From Desulfatiglandales bacterium (GTDB lineage Bacteria; Desulfobacterota; DSM-4660; Desulfatiglandales; Desulfatiglandaceae): a DNA stretch of 64,000 bases. The notes beneath the pieces are model-generated. The model saw only the letters and a program-made list of their open reading frames with translations, did not search any database and was not told where the DNA came from. Positions 1-9,901 of the stretch are shown here, piece after piece. The DNA lies in contig OY759599.1 in NCBI GenBank assembly GCA_963662465.1, positions 5,632,001-5,696,000 on the forward strand, given 5' to 3'. How positions within the stretch are numbered: position 1 is the first letter of the stretch; every line of letters begins with the position of its first letter. A program made the translations under genes and the position numbers.

Positions 1-376
1 TGCGCGCCAGTATTTCCAATCGATCCGGCAATTTAACCATGTAATCGTTGGCGCCCAGCGCAAATGCTTCCGCTTTGGTCAGGGCATCTTCCTTACTGGA
101 CAGCACGATCAACGGCACATGCCGTGTTGCGGGATTGGCACGATAATAACGCACCAGGGTCAAGCCATCGATTTCGGGCATGACCAGATCCTGAAGAATC
201 ACCGTGGGATGAATCCGGTTGGCGGTCTTGATGGCCTTGGTGGGGTCCTGACAAAAATGAAAATCAATATCCTGTTCTGGGACCAGCATGCGGCGTAGGG
301 CTTCGCCGATCATGTGCTGATCATCCACCAGTAAAACGGTAATGCGGTGTTGGGTGAGCAATGCTCTATCAGACAT
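1..376 (-). CDS. Response regulator receiver domain, WspR-like (partial, runs off window start)
   Basis: Manual translation from ATG at 376: MSDRALLTQHRITVLLVDDQHMIGEALRRML...VILQDLVMPEIDGLTLVRYYRANPATRHVPLIVLSSKED...GANDYMVKLPDRLEILAR; REC motifs; directly downstream of a cheB/wspF gene. Confidence 0.8.
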   Translation of the reverse strand, partial: MSDRALLTQHRITVLLVDDQHMIGEALRRMLVPEQDIDFHFCQDPTKAIKTANRIHPTVILQDLVMPEIDGLTLVRYYRANPATRHVPLIVLSSKEDALTKAEAFALGANDYMVKLPDRLEILAR

Positions 377-412
377 AAAAATTCCTGTTTGTCGGGTTGT
401 CGTTAAAAATAT

Positions 413-1420
413 CTATATACGCCGCAAAATCGCCGGCGCCACCTGTTGAATCGGCAGGATTTCCGAGACGGTCCCCAGATCCCGAGCTGCCTTGGGCATG
501 CCGTAGACAACGCTGGTCGCCTCATCCTGAGCAATGGTGTGCCAACCCACGCGATGCAGCATTTTCATGCCTTCAGCGCCGTCTCTCCCCATCCCCGTCA
601 ACAGGATGGCAATGCCCCTTGAAGGCCAATGCGCCGCAACGCTTTGAAACAATACATCCACGGAAGGACGAAAAGGAATGGCGATGGGTTCTTTGCTGTA
701 AGCCAGGGTAAGGCCGGATGTCAAAATAAGGTGGTCGTTTTTCCCGGCCAGAAGCGCCGTTGCACGGGTCGGTCGCATGCCTTCTTCCGCCAGGCGAACT
801 GTCAGGGGACTTTGATCATTGAGCCATCTGGCCATCCCGGCGGAAAATTCGCCGTCAACATGCTGGGCCATGACAATGCCCGCTTCGAGATTCGCCGGAA
901 GCCGGCTTAGAATCTCCGCCAGTGCTTTGGGTCCCCCGGTGGAGGCGCCGATAACAATAAGCGACGAGACTTTTAAAATCGAGGCGCCCCGTACAGAGAC
1001 TTGCATGGGACGCACGGACGAATTCCGACTCAGCTTTTCGATCATGGCAATTTTTTTTAACAGTGCCTCCCGGCTTTTCCGGGCGTCTTTTCCGCTCCCC
1101 ATTATAGGGGTGTTGATGGCATCCAGCGCCCCCTGGCCCATGGCTTCAAAAACTTTTCCCGCATGGTCTTCCAGCGTGGCGGTCACCACCAGGATGGGGC
1201 ATGGCGAGGCAAGCATGATTCTACGGGTTGCTTCCACGCCGCCCATGTCCGGCATGAACAGGTCCATGAGAATCAGGTCGGGGGTATCGGCTTCACATTT
1301 TCGGATCGCTTCGACACCGGTGCGAGCCACCCAGGCTACCTGATGGACGGCGCTGTCCGAGACAATTCTTCGCAGAATTTCCACGGCCAGGGATAAATCA
1401 TTCACAATGGCAATCCGCAT
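413..1420 (-). CDS. cheB: Chemotaxis methylesterase CheB/WspF (REC + methylesterase)
   Basis: REC N-terminus; catalytic motifs GASTGGP, AQHVD, LTGMGRDGA, QDEATSVVYGMP. Confidence 0.95.
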   Translation of the reverse strand: MRIAIVNDLSLAVEILRRIVSDSAVHQVAWVARTGVEAIRKCEADTPDLILMDLFMPDMGGVEATRRIMLASPCPILVVTATLEDHAGKVFEAMGQGALDAINTPIMGSGKDARKSREALLKKIAMIEKLSRNSSVRPMQVSVRGASILKVSSLIVIGASTGGPKALAEILSRLPANLEAGIVMAQHVDGEFSAGMARWLNDQSPLTVRLAEEGMRPTRATALLAGKNDHLILTSGLTLAYSKEPIAIPFRPSVDVLFQSVAAHWPSRGIAILLTGMGRDGAEGMKMLHRVGWHTIAQDEATSVVYGMPKAARDLGTVSEILPIQQVAPAILRRI

Positions 1421-1423
1421 GGT

Positions 1424-4400
1424 TTATGCGTCTCCAATCAGATTGACGGCAGCTTGAATAAATGAGTCGTCCTGAAAACTGCTCTTGGTCAAATAATAGT
1501 TGGCCCCGGCCTGCAGGCCCGCCAGACGGTCCTCTTCCTTGTCCTTATAGGAAACGATGATTACGGGAATGCTTTTAAGTTGGGAGTGGCGCTTGATCTG
1601 GGCCACAAATTCAATGCCGTTCATTCGCGGCATATCCACGTCGCTGATGACCATATCATAGCTGCCGGAGCGAACCGCATTCCATCCATCCACCCCGTCA
1701 ACCGCCGTATCCACCTGATAGCCCCTGCTTTCAAGCAGTTTCCGTTCCATCTCCCGAACCGTAAATGAATCATCCACCACCAGAATCCGTTTGTGTTTTG
1801 CGGCTTCAATGGCGTCAAAGGATTTGCTTAATTTGCGGAGCCTTCGCCCTGCCAGAAGATTGTCAATGGAACGAACCAGATCCTCCACATCAAAAATCAG
1901 CACGGGGGAACCATCCATCATCACGGCCACGGAGCTGATATCGGGCACCTTGCCCAACCTGGGGTCCAGGGGCCGCACCACCAGGTCGCATTCTCCCAGA
2001 AATTTATCAACGGCCAGGCCATAGGCATTCAGCCTATCGCTCAACACCACGACGAGCCATTTGTCCCGGTTCTCCAGTGGCGTTTCCAATTCCAGTACAT
2101 TATGGATATCCACCAGGGCGATATTGCTGTCGTCAAACCTGAAATACTGACGGTCTTCCACGATCTCCATATCCGCCGGCGACAGTTCCAGGCAACGATC
2201 GATCCGGGCCAGGGGAAAGGCGTAGGGTTCGCCGGCAATCTCAACTAAAAAAGTGCGCACCACGGAAAGGGTCAGGGGCAACTCGATATGGAAGGTCAAC
2301 CCCTCCCCGGGTTTTGAAACTGCGCGGACCACGCCCCCTACTTCATGGACCATGTTGTGCACCACATCCAACCCTACGCCGCGACCGGATATCTCGGTGA
2401 CGTTTCCGGCCGTTGAAAATCCCGGCAAAAACAAAAACGCCATCAATTCAGGTTCGGTCATTTTAACGGCCATTTCCTTTGTGGCCATCTTTTTCTGGAC
2501 GATATTTCGCCTCAGTTTTTCCAGGTCGATGCCCCGTCCGTCATCTTTAACGGTGATCATGAGCATCCCCGATCGGTGAGACGCTTCCATTTGCAAAAGC
2601 CCGGTTTCCGGCTTTCCCGCGGCCACTCTTTCTTCGGGGGATTCAATACCATGGTCCAGCGCATTGCGGACCAGATGATTCAGGGGGGCATCCAGTTTTT
2701 CCAGGATATCCCGGTCCACTTCCGTGGATTTCCCGTTGATCTCAAGCCGAACCTTTTTGCCCAGATCTCGCGCAAGATCCCGAACCAGCCTTGGAAATCC
2801 CTGAACCCCATCGGAAAAGGGCCTCATACGGACCGAAATAACTTCATGATAAATGCGGTCGGACAGGGCGGCTGTGGCGCCGGTAAAAATTTCGAACTGG
2901 TTCAAGCGATCCGCCAGCTGAAGGGTACAGGCCCGGGTCTTTTCCCGTGCCCGCAGGACCAGTTCCTGGGCCAGATCGTTTTGCCCCTTCCCCATGATGG
3001 TTTCCTGCAGCCCATCCAGGAGGGTCAGCAACTCTGAATGGTTTCTTTTCAGTTCCAGAAGGGATTCCGAAAAGGTGGGAAGCCATCCGGCGCCCACCAC
3101 CACTTCCCCGGCCTGCCCCATGAGCCGTTCGATCTTGGCGGCGGTAACGCGCACCGTCCGGTCCGGACCTTCTGATTTCCGTGGGGCCGGTCTTTTTTCA
3201 GAAGCTTCCCGTGGAACCGGTTTCATATCCACGGTTTCCACCAGGGAAAAATCGTTTTCACCGGAAGATGGTGCAACTTCCCGATGGTTTTCTCGGAGTG
3301 TTTCTTCCACCGGGGATACGGGAATCGGCGCTTCGCCATGAATAATAGCGGTTATTGCAGCCATCAGGGAATCAATTTCTTCGCTATGTCGGCCTACCCA
3401 GTCCGGTTCCCCATCATGGACATCCGCAATGCGAATCAGGATATCTACAATCCGGAGCAGAATGTCGATCTGCTCCGATCCCAGCAGCACGACGCCTTTT
3501 TGCGCCGCGACAAAACAGTCCTCCATGGCATGAGCGACTTTGACCGCGACATCCAGACCCACAATCCTGGCGCCGCCCTTGATGGAATGGGCGGCTCGCA
3601 TCAAGGCTTCAAGCTGATCTGTGGCTCCGGGATTGTTTTCAAGGGCCAGAAGGCCGTCATTTAAAACGGCCACATGGGTTTCCACCTCCGCCTGAAAAAG
3701 ATCCAGCATGGCAGGATCCGTCATGGGGGTAAAACCTGTTTGGCTGGGCGGCTGATGCTCTTGTTTGATGTCTGCTTCCTGATGATCTGATTCAAGGACC
3801 ACGGGGACTGTGGACGTTTCCCGGGATTCAAACCGCTCGGGAACAACGTCCGGTCGCGCGGAAACAATCCCCATGATGGCGGTTTTGACTTGCTCAACCT
3901 TCTTCTTCTGATGGGACAACCATGCGGACTTGCCTTCACCCACATGTTCAGCGATACGGTTCAGCATGTCAACGCCTTGAAAAAGAATATTGATCTTACC
4001 GGAATCCAGTCTGAGCCGCCCCTTCTGGGCAGCCAGCAAACAATCTTCCATGGCATGGGCAATACCGGCGGCTTCATCCTGTCCCACAATCCTGGCCGCT
4101 CCTTTGAGGGAATGGGCGGCCCGCATCATGGCGTCCAGTTGTTCCATGGATCCCGGATCCTGCTCCAGAGCCAGCAGTCCATCATTTAAAACGGCCACGT
4201 GGTTCTGGGTTTCCGTTTGAAAAAGGCCGCACATGGCCGGGTCGAGTACGAACTCTTCCTTATTTTGCGACGCATCTTCAACACGGGGCGCCGGCGTATC
4301 AACAGGGGGCGCCGAGCCTGGCGTCGGTCCGGCGGGATGGACCTCTCCGGGGGCGGGAGATGTTTCATGGGGCGTATCGATGGAGAAATGCCGGGTCTTA

Positions 4401-4795
4401 TCTATCCAGGCATCGATCTCTTCAGCATGCTCATCCCACCAGGGCAATTCTCCCTCAGGGGTCGTTTGAACCATTGATTCCAGAATTTCAAGCCCTTCAG
4501 ACATCAGTTTGCGTCCGGCTTCATCCAGTAAAAATTCGCCCTTATTGGCCGCCACAAAAACATTTTTCAAGGCATGGGAAACCGCCGCGGCGCCATCAAG
4601 ATCAACAATTTGCGCGCCCCCCTTGATGGCCTGAACTGCGGGGATCATGTTTTGAAACCGGATCAGATCTTGTGGGTTGGTAGCCAGGGCCTGAAGGCCG
4701 TCACGGAGGGTCAAGACATGCCGTTTGACCTCGGAACGAAAGAGATCCATCATGGCGAAGTCACCCTCTCCGACTTGTTCACGCCCGTTGTTCAC
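1424..4795 (-). CDS. cheA: Hybrid CheA/WspE histidine kinase (three Hpt-like domains, HATPase, CheW, REC)
   Basis: AAHSLKGAARIV and AAHSIKGGARIV Hpt motifs; HLVRNALDHGIE; DDGRGID; SGRGVGLDVV; C-terminal REC. Confidence 0.93.
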   Translation of the reverse strand: MNNGREQVGEGDFAMMDLFRSEVKRHVLTLRDGLQALATNPQDLIRFQNMIPAVQAIKGGAQIVDLDGAAAVSHALKNVFVAANKGEFLLDEAGRKLMSEGLEILESMVQTTPEGELPWWDEHAEEIDAWIDKTRHFSIDTPHETSPAPGEVHPAGPTPGSAPPVDTPAPRVEDASQNKEEFVLDPAMCGLFQTETQNHVAVLNDGLLALEQDPGSMEQLDAMMRAAHSLKGAARIVGQDEAAGIAHAMEDCLLAAQKGRLRLDSGKINILFQGVDMLNRIAEHVGEGKSAWLSHQKKKVEQVKTAIMGIVSARPDVVPERFESRETSTVPVVLESDHQEADIKQEHQPPSQTGFTPMTDPAMLDLFQAEVETHVAVLNDGLLALENNPGATDQLEALMRAAHSIKGGARIVGLDVAVKVAHAMEDCFVAAQKGVVLLGSEQIDILLRIVDILIRIADVHDGEPDWVGRHSEEIDSLMAAITAIIHGEAPIPVSPVEETLRENHREVAPSSGENDFSLVETVDMKPVPREASEKRPAPRKSEGPDRTVRVTAAKIERLMGQAGEVVVGAGWLPTFSESLLELKRNHSELLTLLDGLQETIMGKGQNDLAQELVLRAREKTRACTLQLADRLNQFEIFTGATAALSDRIYHEVISVRMRPFSDGVQGFPRLVRDLARDLGKKVRLEINGKSTEVDRDILEKLDAPLNHLVRNALDHGIESPEERVAAGKPETGLLQMEASHRSGMLMITVKDDGRGIDLEKLRRNIVQKKMATKEMAVKMTEPELMAFLFLPGFSTAGNVTEISGRGVGLDVVHNMVHEVGGVVRAVSKPGEGLTFHIELPLTLSVVRTFLVEIAGEPYAFPLARIDRCLELSPADMEIVEDRQYFRFDDSNIALVDIHNVLELETPLENRDKWLVVVLSDRLNAYGLAVDKFLGECDLVVRPLDPRLGKVPDISSVAVMMDGSPVLIFDVEDLVRSIDNLLAGRRLRKLSKSFDAIEAAKHKRILVVDDSFTVREMERKLLESRGYQVDTAVDGVDGWNAVRSGSYDMVISDVDMPRMNGIEFVAQIKRHSQLKSIPVIIVSYKDKEEDRLAGLQAGANYYLTKSSFQDDSFIQAAVNLIGDA

Positions 4796-5457
4796 TGAAG
4801 ACTCCTTTTAAGGTTGTAAAGCAGCAGTTCATCATCGAGCAGCGCCACATGTTTTTCCTCCCACTTAAAAATGCCCTTTGTAAAGGTGGATTTGCATTTG
4901 GCAATGGTCACCGGCACATTCTGGAGCAAGCCGGGATTGAAATGATGGATGCCATGGATTTCATTGACGGGAAAGACCCATTGCTCGCCGTCCTTTCCCG
5001 CCACCATCAGTCGTTTTTTGGACTTTTCCGCTTTGCCCTTTTCAGGGGTCTCTTCCTCCAGATTCATAAGATGTTTTAAAGAAACGCATAATTGAATTTC
5101 GCCATGCACATTGACAAGGCCCAGCAATACGGGAGTTTTTCGATGGGGAAGCGTATGGATACTCACGTCGTCGATTATTTCCGCAAACAACCCGGCGGGA
5201 AGCGCCATCCATTCCGACTCAACACGAAATACCACCACCGCAATGGCGCCTGCCGGCTCTTCGCCCTTTTTTTTCACAAGGACGCTGCCCCATTCTTCCT
5301 TGTATTCCTCGGGAAGGGCCCGCTCCAGGAGATTCCGGCCGGCCTGGGTGAACACCTCGCAATTGCGACAGTGGATGACCTGTTCAAGCCTGGGGCACCG
5401 GGGCATTTCCCGTCCCCAGACCCCTATCCGTTTCCAACATCGGTCTTTAGTTTGCAT
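4792..5457 (-). CDS. CheW-like scaffold, WspD type
   Basis: N-terminal CWKRIGVWG...CPRL...HCRNC motif typical of WspD; CheW domain (LLGLVNVHGEIQLCVSL). Confidence 0.88.
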   Translation of the reverse strand: MQTKDRCWKRIGVWGREMPRCPRLEQVIHCRNCEVFTQAGRNLLERALPEEYKEEWGSVLVKKKGEEPAGAIAVVVFRVESEWMALPAGLFAEIIDDVSIHTLPHRKTPVLLGLVNVHGEIQLCVSLKHLMNLEEETPEKGKAEKSKKRLMVAGKDGEQWVFPVNEIHGIHHFNPGLLQNVPVTIAKCKSTFTKGIFKWEEKHVALLDDELLLYNLKRSLQ

Positions 5458-5589
5458 GGTTTATTCTCGATGACATATTCTTTGAGGGTTTAGATCGTTG
5501 TGTTTCAGGACCTTTATAGGCATACATACCCTCATGAAGATATATTGCTTGCCGATAGTTACCCAAACAATAGTATTCCATAGCATTGT

Positions 5590-6699
5590 TTAAGTTTGGA
5601 AACAGGCGCCATATCGTCCTGTGAGAAATCGATTTCGAATATTCAATGAGCCGACATAGTCAGCCTGTTCTGAAAAACCACATTTCAGACATTTGAAATT
5701 CTCTCCATTTCGATTTTCCCGCCGAGTGTGATTGCAAACCGGACACATTTGACTCGTTTTCCAGGGATTTACACTTCTAAAAGCAACACGGTTATTTTCA
5801 GTGTGTTTTTGGATAATTCCCAAAAGTTCCCTGTAGTTCCAGTTACTCAGCGTCTTTCTGAACTCTTTTGATCTGCCGTTGGCAGATTTTTTTAAATGAT
5901 GTAATTTTTCAACAATAACCAGTCTCAAATCCTTATGGTTAAAATATTCTTTCACAACCTGATTCATGCAGTACTTCAAAGTTTTTTTGGCTCTGATGTA
6001 TGCTTTTGATCCCTGTCTCTTGCATTTTATATGGGTAATCAAAGACTTGATATCACTACCCAGGAATTCTTTATCGGAAGTGGCAACAAGATGATTGATA
6101 CCCACGTCCATTCCAATAACGGCGCCGGACTCTTTTTTGGATTTCACCTCTTTTTCAAATGAAAATTGGATGTATGTTCGAGTGATTACAATGGATGATG
6201 ATAATTTCCAGGAATCGAATTGATTGTAATGCCTATGTTTTTTTACAGGGATTGAGATTTTGATTTTGTTGCCGATTGAAGAAAGGATAATCCAGACATC
6301 AAAAGAATTTCTCCCCTGTTTTATCGACACAATTTGAGAGGAAAGTATCATTCTGCGGGCATTGTGGCGTGGTTGCACTTTTTCATTGAATACGGTATCG
6401 TCTTCCAGTATCCGCTCAACTTCCAGCTCCAGATTGCTTTTGTTCCTGTGCTGATCATTGGATTTGCACATGGACAATGCTTCCCGTGCCGCACACTGCT
6501 TCATTCTCGCGGACAACCATGTAAACGGCAGGTTATATCCATCTTTCGTGAGGTCTTTTTTGTTGAAATCATTCAACCAGAAAATATCTATGAAAAAATT
6601 GACGCCTCGTGAATATTCTTCCATCACTTCAACAAGTTGTCTTTTTTTATTTGCGGTCAAAAACTTCAAACTGCATTTACTCGACCTTTTTATCTTCAT
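5590..6699 (-). CDS. tnpB: TnpB RNA-guided endonuclease of an IS607-family element
   Basis: RuvC-I GMDVGI, RuvC-II VIVEKL, Zn finger CPVC...CLKC, RuvC-III QADYVGSLNI; AT-rich relative to flanks. Confidence 0.9.
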   Translation of the reverse strand: MKIKRSSKCSLKFLTANKKRQLVEVMEEYSRGVNFFIDIFWLNDFNKKDLTKDGYNLPFTWLSARMKQCAAREALSMCKSNDQHRNKSNLELEVERILEDDTVFNEKVQPRHNARRMILSSQIVSIKQGRNSFDVWIILSSIGNKIKISIPVKKHRHYNQFDSWKLSSSIVITRTYIQFSFEKEVKSKKESGAVIGMDVGINHLVATSDKEFLGSDIKSLITHIKCKRQGSKAYIRAKKTLKYCMNQVVKEYFNHKDLRLVIVEKLHHLKKSANGRSKEFRKTLSNWNYRELLGIIQKHTENNRVAFRSVNPWKTSQMCPVCNHTRRENRNGENFKCLKCGFSEQADYVGSLNIRNRFLTGRYGACFQT

Positions 6700-6860
6700 T
6701 GGGCAAATGCCTGATCAATTGTTCAGTTTTTCTTCTGCTTCCAGTTTTTTATATACTTGAATCCAAATCTCATCAATCGATCTTTATGCTCTATGATTAT
6801 ATGGGTGAGTTCCATATCATTCAAGCGTTTTTTCAGTTTTGGACGGTTATCATTGCTCGT
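6683..6860 (-). pseudogene. tnpA: IS607 TnpA serine recombinase remnant (5'-truncated, internally deleted)
   Basis: Minus-strand translation SNDNRPKLKKRLNDMELTHIIIEHKDRLMRFGFKYI matches the IS607 resolvase motif (NxxRxxL...EHKDRLxRFGF); a separate frame gives the C-terminus KTEQLIRHLPNEDKKVE overlapping the tnpB start. Confidence 0.8.
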
Positions 6861-6868
6861 CTTTAAAA

Positions 6869-7712
6869 CTCAAGAGTCTGGAGTTTACAGCCGTCATGCC
6901 GCCAAAGGCATGGCGTGATACGTAGCCTTTCTCCTCTTTGACATAATTATTCGATAAATCGCGTTATTCCTGAAAGCGCAGAAATTATGGAAGTACTCCT
7001 GTTGGATGACGGATCTTACAACTTCTTCTGATGGTATTGATGAAGTCACGGTTCGTAACCATCCCCGATATTTCTCCCAAATCGTTTCATGGAAATTCAA
7101 AGAAAGGATCTGAAGAATGCCGGTAGCAATGCAGGCAAAATTCATAAACGCCTCAATGGCATCGGCTGCCTGCCGAATCAATCTCTGTGAACGTGGGTCG
7201 TTTACTGAAGAAAGATCGCTCAAGTTTTGTTTTCCAATACGTGGCCAAGCGCTGGTCCAAAACCGATAGAAGAACGCCCCAATCAAATGTTTCAGCACTT
7301 TGAAATTGACTTCTATTTTAAAACGGTAACTGTATGCCTGTATGATATCAGACGGCAACAGTTTAAGGTCTGAACACATTAAGGATGAATTTCTCTGAGC
7401 CATCACAAACCAGCACGAAACGGACCTTTTCGCCTATGGGTCTCCAGATCAAATCCAGGCAAAGAAAGGAAGCTTCTTTACTCTGCCCGTAAATCACGAT
7501 TGTCGTTTCCTCAAAACGATCGGCCATAGATTCAAATAAGTCCATGAGACAAAGTTTGATGCCATATGTTCGTGGCCTGCCGGGCCCTCCGGTACTTGGC
7601 GGTGGATCTTCGTAAGCCACCACATTGCTTTTAGCCCTGGTGACCACATGAATAAGACGTCTGCCTTGGTCGTCCAAAGTCTCTTTCAGGATTGAAAACA
7701 CTGGCCCCACGG
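6869..7712 (-). mobile_element. Truncated, frameshifted DDE transposase (IS701/IS4-like) with probable right end at about 6869-6890
   Basis: ORFs 7363-7710 (VTRAKSN...GRPRTYGIKL) and 6894-7406 (YSYRFKIEVNFKVLKHLIG, YxxRxxIE motif) in different frames; N-terminus missing. Confidence 0.72.
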
Positions 7713-8499
7713 CAAAATCAAAGTATATGGCCTGACCTATAGGGAATTTTTACTGTTTCATGGTTTGGAAAAAGGCCCGGAAAGCTTGAAAAATTACATG
7801 AAATTCGGCGGACTTCCTTATCTGAGGCATCTTCCACTGGATGATGCCGTAATTTTTGATTATCTGCGCAACATTGTCGATGCGATACTGCTCAAAGATA
7901 TTGTTGCTCGCTATGATATCCGCAACGTAACTTTTCTCCAGCGTCTGACAAGATTTTTGGCTGATAATGTGGGTAGCCTGGTTACCGCAAGAAAGATCAG
8001 TTTATACCTCAAATCCCAAAAATTAAAAATTTCTCACAACCTGGTGATCGACTATTTGTCCTACCTTTCCAATGCCTTGCTGGTATTTCCCGCCAGACGC
8101 TGCGATATTGTCGGTAAAAAGATTTTCGAGATCGGCGAGAAGTACTATTTTGAAGATCTCGGCATCAGGCATGCTCTGGTGGGATTTCGAGCGACGGATA
8201 TCAATAAAATTTTAGAAAATGTGGTTTTCATGCATCTGAAGACCGCGGGATACGATGTAACCGTCGGTCAAATCGGTAAGCAGGAGGTGGATTTTGTTTG
8301 CGAAAAAGCGGGCGAACAACTGTATATCCAGGTGGCCTATTTGATTCCCAATGACAAAGTCAGAGACCGGGAATTCGGCAATTTGCTGGCGATCCCCGAC
8401 AACTTCCCGAAAAAAGTTGTCACAATGGATGCGATCCCCGGCGCCTCCTATCACGGCATTGAGCATGTTCATATAGAGGATTTTTTGTTATCCCTTTGA
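7713..8499 (+). pseudogene. AAA_14/DUF4143 ATP-binding protein, N-terminally truncated
   Basis: YMKFGGLP...DAILLKDIVARY...KYYFEDLGIRH...LENVVF...EVDFV...IQVAY; Walker A region absent; frame begins abruptly at the IS junction. Confidence 0.75.
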
Positions 8500-8609
8500 A
8501 TTGTGATCTTGGCGCCCCTATGGGGCCTCCCTTCTAAAAAAATTAAAAGAGTAACCAATGAGATGTAATGATGCATCTCTAAGGGGATGCCCCTTTCGAA
8601 GGCCATGAT

Positions 8610-8978
8610 TTGAACATGGGGCGATTGAAGCTGGTCTTCGGCCTTCGGGAGCTTTCCACCCGCATTGGAAAACTGGTGACCGTGGTGGGCTGGCCCTTGA
8701 CCAGCAAGACGGTTCATGACAAAGACGGCAGACCCATGAAATTCATGACCTTTGAAGATTTGACCGGCACCTGCGAAGTGGTTTTTTTCCCGGATGTGTA
8801 CCACCGGTTCTGCAACATATTGAATCTGCAACGTCCCGATGTGCTTCGGGGAAAGGTGGCGGAACACTTTAGTGCTTTGAGCCTGACGGTGAATGGTGTG
8901 GAGATTTTAAGCCGGTCGAATTTGCGATATCCGTCGGCTCCGCCATGGGCCCAAGACTCGATACGGGTGGGTCGCTAA
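8610..8978 (+). pseudogene. DNA polymerase III alpha (DnaE/DnaE2) C-terminal OB-fold fragment
   Basis: VTVVGW...KTVHDKDGRPMKFMTFEDLTGTCEVVFFPDVY resembles the DnaE OB domain; rest of gene missing. Confidence 0.7.
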
Positions 8979-9060
8979 CCCTTACGGAAAGCCATTACCG
9001 GTCTCCTTCCCGACAGGGACTTTCACCCCGCAAGATACACCGAGGTCGCATCCGCGCATC
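8945..9060 (-). ncRNA. Group II intron 5' end (domain I start) remnant, no RT ORF
   Basis: Minus strand reads TGCGCGGATGCGACCTCGGTGTATCTTGCGGGGTGAAAGTCCCTGTCGGG...GTAAGGGTTAGCGACCCACCCGTATCGAGTCTTGGG, which resembles, from memory, the 5' segment of bacterial group II introns. Confidence 0.55.
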
Positions 9061-9140
9061 CGGGTCAGACCGCAGAAACGTACTGTTTATTCAGATATTT
9101 ACGTTACAAAAATAGGTGTTTTTAGAGGCTATATCGTCCT

Positions 9141-9470
9141 TTATATATCAACAAATCGTTTCATGAGAATATCTTCAACATTTCTTCGGGAATCTATAAC
9201 AGACAAAACATATACTTCTTGCTCTGATATCCTGTATATTAATCTCCACGGCACAATAATTAATTCACGATATTGTGTGATTCCTTGATCATAAAGCTCG
9301 GAAACAATTCGGCCTCTTTCAGGCAGAGAATACAAGTCTGAGGCTTGTTTTCTGTTTTTTTTTAATATGTTTAGGGCATTCCGAGGGTTATCCTCAGCCA
9401 TATATTCAATGATTTTTTTTAAGTCTTTTTCTGCTACACTGCCCCAAACCACATTGTATTTCGTACTCAT
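9141..9470 (-). CDS. Type II TA toxin, RelE/ParE family
   Basis: AEKDLKKIIEY...PERGRIV...YRELIIVPWRLIYRI...VYVLSVIDSRRN; overlaps the antitoxin stop. Confidence 0.88.
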   Translation of the reverse strand: MSTKYNVVWGSVAEKDLKKIIEYMAEDNPRNALNILKKNRKQASDLYSLPERGRIVSELYDQGITQYRELIIVPWRLIYRISEQEVYVLSVIDSRRNVEDILMKRFVDI

Positions 9471-9748
9471 TTCAATTTAGTTTCCAATGACTTTTCAATA
9501 TCGTTGAATACTTCTTCTTGCGATTTCACCTTTCCATTTCGCAGATCATTTTCACCTTGTGAAATTAGTTTTAATATGCCAATCGCATTTCGCATATCTT
9601 CATAACTTTTAATGTCTTGAAGGACTGCTCTGGGTTCACCATTTTGAGTAATAATTACAGGCCGATGGGTTGTGTTTATTTGGTTCAACAGATCAGCTGC
9701 TTTTGATTTTAAATATGTAACAGGTTTTATATCATCTATAATATGCAT
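9467..9748 (-). CDS. Type II TA antitoxin, Phd/YefM family
   Basis: MHIIDDIKPVTYLKSKAADLL...RPVIITQNGEPRAVL; GGAGG RBS upstream of ATG 9748. Confidence 0.88.
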   Translation of the reverse strand: MHIIDDIKPVTYLKSKAADLLNQINTTHRPVIITQNGEPRAVLQDIKSYEDMRNAIGILKLISQGENDLRNGKVKSQEEVFNDIEKSLETKLK

Positions 9749-9901
9749 TTCATCACCTCCATTCAGTCCGAATATAGTACCATCTTCAGACCGGACGTCA
9801 AGGTTATTTTGCTGACTGCCGGGTAGCCAGGGGCTCAAGCCTCCAGTAAGGTTTCCCTTATTACGTGGATTCCCAAGGTTGTAGAGAACGCCCATCATTT
9901 T

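Noticed and set aside
5460..6900. Cas12f/Cas14 CRISPR locus
   Set aside because: No repeat-spacer array or cas1/cas2 nearby; the adjacent serine-recombinase remnant identifies an IS607 TnpB
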